Below are positions 42,171-52,990 of a stretch of DNA of 64,000 nucleotides, piece by piece (position 1 is the first letter of the stretch; every line of letters begins with the position of its first letter). The notes under the pieces were generated by a model, which saw only the letters and a program-made list of their open reading frames with translations, was not told the DNA's origin and searched no databases. The DNA comes from Paraspadella gotoi. Taxonomy: Eukaryota > Animalia > Chaetognatha. A program made the position numbers and the translations under genes. Location of the stretch: assembly GCA_051294375.1 (NCBI GenBank), contig CM119265.1, positions 25,444,297 through 25,508,296 of the forward strand, given 5' to 3'.

Positions 42171-43619
42171 TACTGTCTCTTCAAAAGTACATAAAACTGT
42201 TCTACACCCCTAATATATCTCTTTAATAAATTTTTTAAATGAAATTAATCAATCAAATGTTGCTCTTTCAATCGTTTACTCCATTCTTATTAAAACCAGA
42301 TTTTTTAAACTTTAATAACCTGTATTTCCAGTTTTCTTTCAAAACCTTTCATTTAGAATTGAAGTGTCTAATCAAAAACCGGTACAGATTCTAATTATCA
42401 TTCCCTCCCTTTTAGTCGACGTGACCTCATGAACAAAAAGAAGTTTAAAATACATATGAATAAACCACCGTAAACTACAAGTTTATCTGATAGCTATGTG
42501 CTGAACTGAAAGTCAAGATAATTCGGCATCTATAAATCTCGTTAAGAAAGTATTTCTTTGTTTAACTCTCTTTGTACATTGTACAATATGAATTCAAATA
42601 TAAAAAAAAAATCTTTTTAATAAATTTACCAAAATTTTTAACAACAAAAATATTTGAAATTAGATTTTAAAATTGTTTGCTACGCTCATTCAATTATCAA
42701 ACTTACGCGCACTCTTTTTATAAACTTAAACAAACCAATATGCAAACATCCTAAGATATTAATATCTTTGAAACCTCTCCCACGTTGCGTGTCGCTCATT
42801 TTTCACCTGAGTCATGAAATCTTCAATAAATCTAGACTTTTTTCTACTAAGAAATCAAAACTCTGTTTATATGACGATCGCCATCTATCCTTTCCGTTTT
42901 TAGTCGGATCTGCTTATCAGCAGATTCCGACTCTATAATTCACTTTGTCGGTCCGTCGGTCCACCCCCCTCAATCTTATCGGGCATTCACTTACATATAT
43001 CATGTCAGAACATCGAATTATGATAAAGTACGCAAAAATAAATTATGTCCGTACGTCCATCTGTCTGTCTGTCTGTCCGTCTGTCCGTCCCACAATTGGA
43101 TTGATGGATTGGAATGAAATTTTGTCTGTGGGTAGGGAAGTGTGTGATTGAGCTGGATATAAAGTTTCGATGGAATCGTCTGAGTGGAAAAAAGTTTAAA
43201 TGGAAAAAAACAAAAAACCTGTTTCACTAATTGATTATGCTTCTTTTTCTTTTTATATTAAATGTAAATGTAAGATATATTAATTATTCAAATAATTAAT
43301 CAGTTATTTAATCAATTAGTAAATTTATTAATAAATAATTAATAAATCAAACAAACATTTGGGATCAAATTAATTAATTAATAGCTTAATTAATTAATTA
43401 ATTAACTTGAATTAATTAATTATTAACTAATTACCAATAAAGATCGTGGGCAGATCCGACATTGTTTGCTCAAACTTGTTAAACTTAGCGATCGAAAGAG
43501 AGAGATTGACAAAATGTGCTGGTGGCAAAAGAATTAAATATCGACGATGATGTATCATTATGCTGGTTGCTTCATTCCTCTCCGTAAAACTTGTCCGACC
43601 AGAAAGACCAGTTTTGATT

Positions 43620-43659
<40 letters not shown>

Positions 43660-44451
43660 CCTTAAAAAAACTAATAAGTTCCACGTAAGAATTAGGGCGT
43701 TCTGACGACATTAAATTTCTTGTTTTATTTAGGAAGGCAAAAACTTGAAATGCGAAATGAACCAGTTTTTCAAAATGAAAATCGGCCATTTTTCTTTTTC
43801 CTTTTCTTATATCTCTTTCCTTTTTTTTTCTTTTTGGGATTCGACGTTCGGTTTGTGGGTCGTTCTTGTTTCAGTTATCGGAATTCGGCATGTACATTGT
43901 ACACGGTGGTTTATTAAAAATAAGTTACAAGTAAAAATATTTTCCTTTAAGACCCGCTTTTGGTTTTTATTCTAATTCTCTCTTCTTTTAGTTAGTATTT
44001 CGTTATCATTATCAGAATCACGAACTAAACGCTCCTAGTCACTCCACTTTTGATAAGGGATCTCTTTCGCCTTTAAACCTTCAAGTGGTTTTTGTTTTTC
44101 TCATTTGCTGATAAGAAAAAACTCAACCTTTTATAAAGTTCTTTTTTTATTTTAAATCTAACTCCAGGGAACAACGAGGTAAAAAACCGCCGGGAAAAAA
44201 GATCCAATATTAACAGGTATGATGACCGAAATGATATAGCAGTAAAAAATTAAAAATCCCTAAAACGATTCGATATGTGTAATACATATATCGAATAATT
44301 TTAATAATTTTAATTTTAATTATCTATGATAGATAGATATTTAAAATTATCTCCATCACTTTCCAGATGAACACCCCCGGAAAAATCTTATTAATTCCAC
44401 CCTACCGCGATTTTTCAAAGGATAAACAAAAATTAAAAAAATAAACAAATT

Positions 44452-47400
44452 ATGTCAACTGACGCTGACCTTGCGCCGATGGAATCAATACGAAAACACC
44501 GCGGCGCCGCTAAGAGGCGCCACGAAACGTCCGTCGAACGTCCGCGTCGCTCGGGCGCCGCCACGATCGGCTCCGTCCAATCAACCGACGCCGCGAAAAG
44601 ACGCCGGGAAGTGTCGACTGAACGCCCGAAACGTTCCGCCGCCGTCGCTGCCGCCGCTGCAGCCGCCGCTGCAGCGGCCGCTGCAGCCGCCAACTACGCC
44701 GCCGCCGATGACGACTCGACCGCCTCAGACAACGCCGGCAAAATCTCTTACGAAGCCCCTGACGTCAATCCGGATGACGCCGCCGACAACGCCTCTAGCG
44801 TCTCTCGTCCGAAACGCGTCAAGTCTCTTCGTTTAGCGAAGGAACCGGCGACGAAAGACTCGACGAAAAGAGTCAACAAAGCGAAGGAGAACGAGAAAGA
44901 GGAGAACGATGGAAGAAAGGAGAACGAGGGTGTTGAAAAGGAGAACGAGAGAAAGGAAACGACGACGACGAAGACGACGTCGGCAGCCGACGAGGTGTTG
45001 CGGGAGATGGTGGAGAAGATCGTGGAGGCGGAGGGAGAATCTACGACTAAAGCGGACGAGCCGTTCGACGATCTCGGCAACGTCTTCACTCGTTCTTGGC
45101 GATCGACAACTAAGATCGAACCTGATGCAGGAGCCGACGCCTCAGCAGCCGTAGACGACGCAGCCTTCGGCCCGCCAGCGTCGCCGCAATCCTCCAGATC
45201 TTCCTCCAAGTCTTCGCATCGATCCTTTCTGCTCAATCTGCCCGCCAAATCGGCGGACAAGACGACGGCGCAGGTGCTGCCCTTCGAGGTGACGCCGCTG
45301 CGCAACCTGCAGCAAATGCCGCCGCTGCTACATCAGGATCAGCTCAAGCGGGAGATCTCCGGGGAGCCGGAAGACATTGGCCAAATCATGGAGTCGCTGC
45401 CGAAGAATACGAGGAACATCTACATCGTGGATTCCAAGTTGAAGGATCTGGAAGAGAAGTTGATCGAAGGGGAAATGGGAGGAGGTGGAGGAGGAGGTGG
45501 AGCCATTACTGAAGGCGTTGGGACCACGCCCATCCCTGTAGAGACTCAGAAATCCACGAGCGACCGACCTATGGAACCATCCGCCTGTCGGATCAAACCC
45601 AGCGTCTTCAAGAATAATCAAGACTGTCGCCTGATTCAGTCCAAATTGGCCAGGAAGAAGTTCCTCGTCAAACTGGCCATGTCGGAGCGGAACGCGGCCG
45701 AGGAGGGCGCTGGGGTGCAGCCGAATCGAGAGAGCGGCGTCACGGAGGGTGAGACGAGGACGCCGAGGGCGGAGATCGGCGTCGATTCGACGCCGGGTTC
45801 CACGCCCACCGACACGCCGGCGTCGACGCCGCCGCTTAAAGTGCAGACCGTCTCCGTTGAAGTGCAGACGGATTTGCAGGAGGAAGCGTCCAGGGGTAAA
45901 TAAATTAAATTCTTGTTATCAAAAAATATAATTCTTCGAATCAAGAAAGGAACTAAAATAGTATGTTTTAAAATTTTTTTAATAAAAACATTTTTAAAAG
46001 TTTTACAAATTAATTAAATAATTTTCTTATTTCACTTCCAACTCCTAGCGACAACATCGGATCGAGAAGCGAGGATCGAAAGTCTCACGATCGCGAATCA
46101 AACGAACATCGAAGGTTTTATCGAAGCTTTGGAGCCGGAGTGTCGATCGATGACAGACTTTGAGAGGGAAGAGAAAAAGATCATTTACCTCAAGGTAAGG
46201 CCACTGGTCAGGTCGGGTCAAGTTATATTTTCTATCCCAACTGATGAAAAGAAAAACAGGAAATCTAGAAAATGCTATCTTTTTTTACGAATTCAACAGC
46301 GAATTGATCAGCCTGAAATAACTAAGAAAAAATAAAATTATTCGTACCTTTTTTCTAAACAATATTCAAACTGCCTTCCAGGAAATGGAACTGGCCAGCT
46401 TCAAAGAGTACTCCAAGCTCAAATCCATCAGGCGCCTGATAGAAAAGAGGTTGGAAGACAGAATCGCCCACAGGCCGGAACAGGCGGTCAAACCCGGCCA
46501 CAACACCGAAGTCGTCATCTTCGACGACGATCGAAGATCTTCGGCAGGCGACAGCGCCGGTAGCCCCGCCGCTGGAGAAATGGTTCGGAGCGCCGGAAGG
46601 ACTACGTCGCCGGCCGCGCCCATCGCTCGTAAAGACGACGCTCGTTTGGCGTCGCCGGAAAGAGCGATGGAACAAGTGACTCCGTATTATCCCCCGAGGC
46701 CGACGATGCCATCCGGATTTCCTACGGGCCACGCCCCACACGGAAACGGTCACGTGATGCCCCCGGCGGCGCCATCGTTCGGCGGTCGCATGATCGCTCC
46801 TAAACCGTTTGTCAGCGGAAGGCCGATGACCGCGGCGCGCCCTATCGGACTTACGGCGCCGATTAACGACAGCGGCGTCATCAAGTACACGGACAAGGCG
46901 TCGGTCGTGGGGATCGGTCGGCCAGGCGTCGCTCACGGAACGCTCGGCGGCGTCGCGGGAAACGGCGCGATTCTCTTGGGGTCCCATCAGAGATTGGCGC
47001 CGCCTTCTGGACAGCAAGATCACAACAGCAGTTCGGGACAGTCGGAGAAACATGATAAAGGTACGTTTAATGTTGAAATATTTATTTAAAATAATTTGAT
47101 TTGGCAAATGAATGAATGAATGAATGAATGAATGAATGAATAATTAAATTAAATTAAATTAATTAACAAATTTAGGCGACAAATTAAATTAATTAGTGAA
47201 TTAATGAAAGAATAAATGAATAACTTAATGATTGAATCAATAATTCATTGAATGAATAAATAAAATAATTAATGGAGTCATTAGTTTAATCTATCAATCA
47301 ATTAATTAATTCGAGACACGTTAATAAATCAATGAATGATTGAATGAATGATAGAGAAAATTTAATGAGTAAATGAATCAATTAATTAATCAATCAATCA

Positions 47401-49309
47401 AGCATTCAATCAAGCAATCAATCAATAAATCAATCTAATCCATCTCTCCAAGGCCTCGTCGACGTGGAACAAAAGATCAAAGAGGCCGAGACGCAAAAGA
47501 CGATGGCGAACGTCCTCTCGCTGAAGGGCAAGAAAGGCGCCTCCGTCGCGCCTCTGGTGCATCCCGCGCGGACGATCCCCTTCGCCCCCAGAGCTCCCAC
47601 TATGTCTCCGCCGCATCGAAATCCGCCGCCAGCGTACTACCAGAGAACCCGCCTCACCCCCTTGCGTCATCAGCTGCCGCCGGGGGTCGGGGCGCCGTTG
47701 AGGATTCCACAGTATCAGCCGCTTCCGCCGCAGAGCAGAATATCGCCTCGGCAGGCGTCTCCGCAGTCTTTTCCTCCGCCGCAGCATCAACATATACTCT
47801 CTCCGCCGCAACAGCAGCTTCAGCAGCAGCAGCAAGGTTCCTTGCCTTTTCCCGCGGGTTTTCAGGGAACGAGAGACCGACAACCGACTTTCGCCGTCGG
47901 TCAAAGGACGACGATCGGTCGGGCGAGGGAACGGGCGGAGGCGATGGGGAAGGCGGAGGATGGGCGGGCTAGGATGGAGGAGGGGCGGGCTAGGGTGGAA
48001 CAGGAGCGGAGTAGAGTGGAGGAAGGGGAGAGCTCCACTAAAACTGTCGTCAAGGAAGAGAACGAGCCGACGTCGTTGTGCTCCAGGTGCAAGAAGGTCG
48101 CCGAATACGCTTGCTCCAGATGCAGAGAGGTGAGGAAAGGGTTAGAAGTAAGGAATAAGGAATCGACATTCTCTTTACTTTTCTTATCACATTTTCGTCT
48201 TCATAATTTTATTTCAAAAGTTTCAAAGAACAATTTATGGACATCAATTAATCTTATCGTATCTCTCGATCAATACAAAGTATTTCATTTCATGTTGAGC
48301 TGAAAAAAAAACAGTGACCGTCAAACGTCAAAAATATTTTTTCATGATCACTAAATATAGCATTAAAAAAATTAGTAACTTTTGTTTAACTATTCACAAC
48401 TAATCATTAATATGAAAATCTGAGTCTTGTTTCCTAGGAAAAGAGTTAAATTTCTATTCAGATTCTGTTTATCATTCAAGATGTTTTTATTGTTAAAAAT
48501 GAAAATTGAATACTACCAGAAATAGCTGATAGGCCTGAGCCAGCAGGCACCATTTCCTCTTCATTTCTCCTCATCCTCTTTCCCGGAGATCCAGGGTCGA
48601 GTCCAGGGTTTAGGTTTTTCATTCACACTCCGGCACTTTTTTTCCAAAGAAGCCCCCTTGCTGCGGCTCCTGAAGCAGCGGATCCAAACACACGCACAAA
48701 ACTTGTCTCTTTTGCTACTTCCATCGTCGTATTATGCGTCACTCCTTTTGTCGTCGCTCTCACCGTCGCAACTGCTTCCTCCATTGTTCAAATTATCGTC
48801 GTCGTTTCTGTCGATCCCGATCCTGACGGAGGCTTAATTCTTTCTCTCGCTGAGTCACCCAGCAAGCCAGAATTTTATTGTTGCAAAAGTAGCATCGGGA
48901 AAAATGACACTAATCCCTAACCCTAATCCCAACCCTAATCCCTAACCCAAATCACAACCCTAATCCAAAACCCTAATCCCAACCCTAATCCCTAATATCT
49001 ATCCCTTAAACTAACCTTATCCCTAACCGAAACCCTAAACAATTAATCCATAGTTCAAATTATCGTCGTCGTTTTTGTCGATCCCGATCCTGACTCTAAT
49101 TCATCCAGCAAGAGAGAGAGCGAGAGAGATTCGCTGCTCCGTCATACGGCAAGGGGGCATCGATGATTGAAAAGGCTTGTAGTTTTCGTTAAAGACTACA
49201 CCTTATATTTATTTTCTCTTTTTTTTTCTAGGCTCGCTACTGCGGTTCCGAGTGCCAAGTCAGTCATTGGAAAGAAATTCACATGCACGAATGTCAACTG
49301 ATTGATTGA
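44452..49309 (+). CDS. MYND-type zinc finger protein (5 exons, ~1007 aa, mostly low complexity)
   Basis: Exons 44452-45895, 46049-46194, 46382-47060, 47453-48129, 49232-49309. GT-AG introns with phases 1,0,1,0 give one open frame of 3024 nt. The spliced C-terminus CSRCKKVAEYACSRCRE|ARYCGSECQVSHWKEIHMHEC fits the MYND consensus. AATAAA lies at ~49345. Confidence 0.92.
48910..49040 (+). repeat. Degenerate interstitial CCCTAA-like tract (similar tracts at ~9923-10050, 16995-17170, 33660-33830)
   Basis: Mixed CCCTAA/CCTAAT/CCCAA units. Confidence 0.8.
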
Positions 49310-49988
49310 TTGATTGATATATTTGATATATTTGATATATTTGAAATAAATAAAACCGGATCGTTCATTTCTTATTCATTAATGACATCATTTTCTGAAA
49401 ATTATTCACGGAAAGCATTTTAAGTAAAAAACTGTCGCCATAAATAAAGAAACAATTTGCTATACAAGTTTGAAACCCGTCGCTAGAAAAAAATTACATT
49501 TTTAAAATTATTTTTTATGTATTGTTATCATGTCCTTTTGCTTACTTTTATTTAAACAGTGAGATGTAAAAGATTACTTGTTAATGTTAATGTTAATGTT
49601 TTTAATGTTTGTAATGTTCAAAACGTTTTATAAAAAAAATTGTTTTCAGTTATAAGTTACATAATTATAATTTTTTTTAAATATTAAAATCTTTAAGTGT
49701 TTTTGAGTGGTAGATTTTGTATAGAGGCGGGTTTCGAATGGTCACGACTTCGGACAATTTTGGCGAGTTTTGGAAAATAAAGCAGGCACGAGTATTTGAT
49801 GAAATGCGCCACATGAAAAAGTACTATGTCATTGATTCGTTTTTATCATTAATTCTGAAGGATACATGATTATTAACCAAGTGATAATTAGGTTGTATCG
49901 TATAGAGTCGAGGCAGGAGAGTTAGAAAGAAAGAGAGAAGCAGAGAAATGGAGAGAGAGATAGAGAGAGAGGGACGAAAAAAAAACCT

Positions 49989-52900
49989 CTACTTCTTCCT
50001 CCCGGACTCCTCTTCTCTCAACAACGCCAAGAGGATCGTCCGGTAATCCCCGCTCGTGTCGTCCGCGATCCACTCGCCCAATGATCCCTTGAAGGCCTTC
50101 TGGAACTCCTCGCCGATCTGCACCAAGTCCACTTCCGATCTGGAGACGATGATTCGAATGAGCTCGTCGTCCGAGGTGCCCATGCCCTTCATTGCCCGCT
50201 GCAGCTGCCCGGCGAAGAATGCTGCTCTGTTTCGAACGCAGCGGACGACGGCGAGCATGCTGCGTTTCAAGTCTCCCGACATTTCGGATTTGATTGAATC
50301 TTCGATGTCCTTCTTGGAGACTTTTTGGTATTCGTCGAAAGTCAATCTGTGGGCGGGTGGGGGAAGTGGCGTGGTTGGAAGGATTTGGTTGGATTTGGTC
50401 GGATTTATTGAGATTTGGTGAGTTTTGGGCGGATTTAGAGATCTATATATCAAGCCTGTCCAAAGTCAGGGGCAAGATTGCTGGTTTATTAATTAAAATA
50501 CTAAATAAATATTTTTGTGAGTTGGAAATAGATTCAAAGATTACTCAACCTCAACAAGAAACTTATACATATAATATGAAATATAATCGTAAAATAAAAC
50601 TTAGCTTTGATTCACTCCTTCCTCCATAATCTTCGTGTAATCTCTCTTCCATTCTCCATTTAAAATTTTTTATTTGTTTAATCAGAAATAATTTTAAGAT
50701 TTCCGGTTTTGAAATTATTACTTCAGGAGAGAAACCGGTTAATCAGGTTTTTACGAACCAGATTATAATTTGGAACAAGAAATTCGCCGTCAATTATGGG
50801 GAATGAAGCGAAAACCTGAAAGTTGAGCTGACTACATTAATTCCTCTAAAATATGAATCCAAATCTATAATTACACGAACGATTGTTAATAAATAAAAGC
50901 GAATACAACTCTGTTCATTGTTTATGTCTATTAATAATCTCAGCTTTATCGGACTCAGGAGGAAATCAAACCTATAAAAAAAATTGAAAAATGAAGGAAA
51001 ATAATAATAATACATACAAAGGAAAAACTGACAACCCCCCCAAAAATAATATTTGGTGAAGACACTTAATATCATTTCATCACACTTGCTCCATCAATAA
51101 CATAAAGAACAACAAAAGCAGCAACAGCAACAGCATAATCAATTAATCAGCACGGAACAGCAGCAGCGCCGCACCTGAGCTGCGACGGGCTCCTCGACGC
51201 GAGGATAACGTTAAAGCGCGACTCGTCCGTTCCCCACGACTTCTCTCCAGCGTCGAAGAGGGCGCGCGCGTCCGTCTTGGCTTTTTCGCGGTCGATCTCG
51301 AGGCTTTCGCTGCGGTGGCCTGGGGGGGGGTTGGGGGAGGTTGGGTGGGAAAGTAGATGGAAGGGAAACTGTAGGAAATGAAAAGATATGACAAATACTG
51401 TGAGCTTGAGGTAATGTGACTCCCTTGCCCTTTCATCCTGTAACAAGGTAATCATCAGCCTCTTGAAGTGATTCCCTTGCCCTCTCACCCTGTAACAAAG
51501 AAACCATCAGCCTCTTGAAATGACTTTCTTGCCATCTCACCCTGTAACAAGGCAACCATCAGCCTCTTGACATGACTTTCTTGCCCGCTCACCCTGTAAC
51601 AATTCAACCATCAGCCTCTTGAAGTGAGCTCCTTGCCCCCTCACCCTGTAACAAGACGACCATCAGCCTCTTGAAGTGACTCCCTTGCCCTCTCACACTG
51701 TAACAAGCCTTTTGAAGTGACTTCCTTAACCTCTCACCCTGTAACAATTCAACCATCAGCCTCTCGAAGTGATTCCCTTGCCCCCTCACCCTGTAACAAG
51801 GCGACCATCAGCCTCTTGAAGTGATTCCCTTGCCCCCTCACCCTGTAACAACGTGACCATCAGCCTCTTGAAGTGACTCCTTCTTGCCCTCTCACACTGT
51901 AACCAAGCACCTTCTTGAAAGTGACTTTCCATCCTAACCTCTCACCCTGTAACAATTCAACCATCAGCCTCTTCTGAAAGTGATTCCCTTGCCCCTCACC
52001 CTGTAACAGGCGACCATCAGCCTCTTGAAGTGATTCCTTGCCCCCTCACCTGTAACAACGACCATCAGCCTCTTGAAGTGACTCCCTTGCCCCTCTCACA
52101 CTGTAACAACACCATCAGCCTCTCAAAGTGATTCCTTGCCCCCTCACCCTGTAACAAGGCGACCATCAGCCTCTGAAGTGATTTCCTTTGCCCCCTCACC
52201 CTGTAACAAGGCGACCATCAGCTCTTTAAAATGTCCCGACGTGTCGTCGACGATGTCTTTCTCCAAGTCTCGCGCGTAGAGCCTCTTGTAGGCCTGCTTG
52301 ATGTCGGCGACCTCTTGGTTCCCTCTAGTGCAGAGAATCTCGATGAGGGCGTCCTCGTCGGTGCCCGCCCCTTTGACCGCCTTGCGCAGTTCCGACGCCG
52401 CGTAGTCCGCCGGCGGGGATAGCGTCGCGAGGACCACCTGAGGAAAACGGGAGTGAGGAAATATAAATATAAATATAAATAAATATAATTAAATATAAAA
52501 ATATAAAAATAAATATAAATATAAATAAATATAAAAATATAAATATAAATATAAAAATAAATAAATATAAATAAATATAATTAAATAAAGTAACTCAGAT
52601 ATATAATTTATAACAAAGTACAAATATTTAATTAATTAAAATGTATCAGAGCTGGTTAAAGCGATAGAATATTTATTTAAACTTCGTAATAGTGTTTACT
52701 TCGCCGCCCCCCTCACCCTGTCCAATCTTCACCTTCAACAGATTCCCGCTCAACTCGCTCTTCAACTCCGCCTTCAAATCTTTGCCGAACATCTGCTTGA
52801 AGACCCGCTGCACTTCAAGCCGTTGATCGTTGGACCGATAGGCGAGGACGTCGACGATCGCCCCTTCGTCGGTCCCGAATCCTTTCATGGATTTGCGCAG

Positions 52901-52990
52901 CGCCTCCGCGTCAGCCTCGGCGTCGAAGTCTTCGGAGGGCGTGACGGTGCCTTCGTACTCTACGGCGTCTTCGTATTCGGGGATGCGTTC
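49989..52990 (-). CDS. Annexin core (exons 4-7): four annexin repeats with type II Ca2+-binding motifs
   Basis: Spliced translation [31 protein letters not shown]...[23 protein letters not shown]...[22 protein letters not shown]...[23 protein letters not shown]...[15 protein letters not shown] matches the canonical annexin consensus. Confidence 0.97.

Noticed and set aside
44433-47904. Antisense ORFs over MYND exons (likewise over annexin exons)
   Set aside because: Shadow ORFs of GC-rich coding sequence.
51405-52232. Possible CRISPR array or array of coding micro-exons
   Set aside because: No spacers; the 52-bp unit is not a multiple of 3; the annexin core is complete without it.
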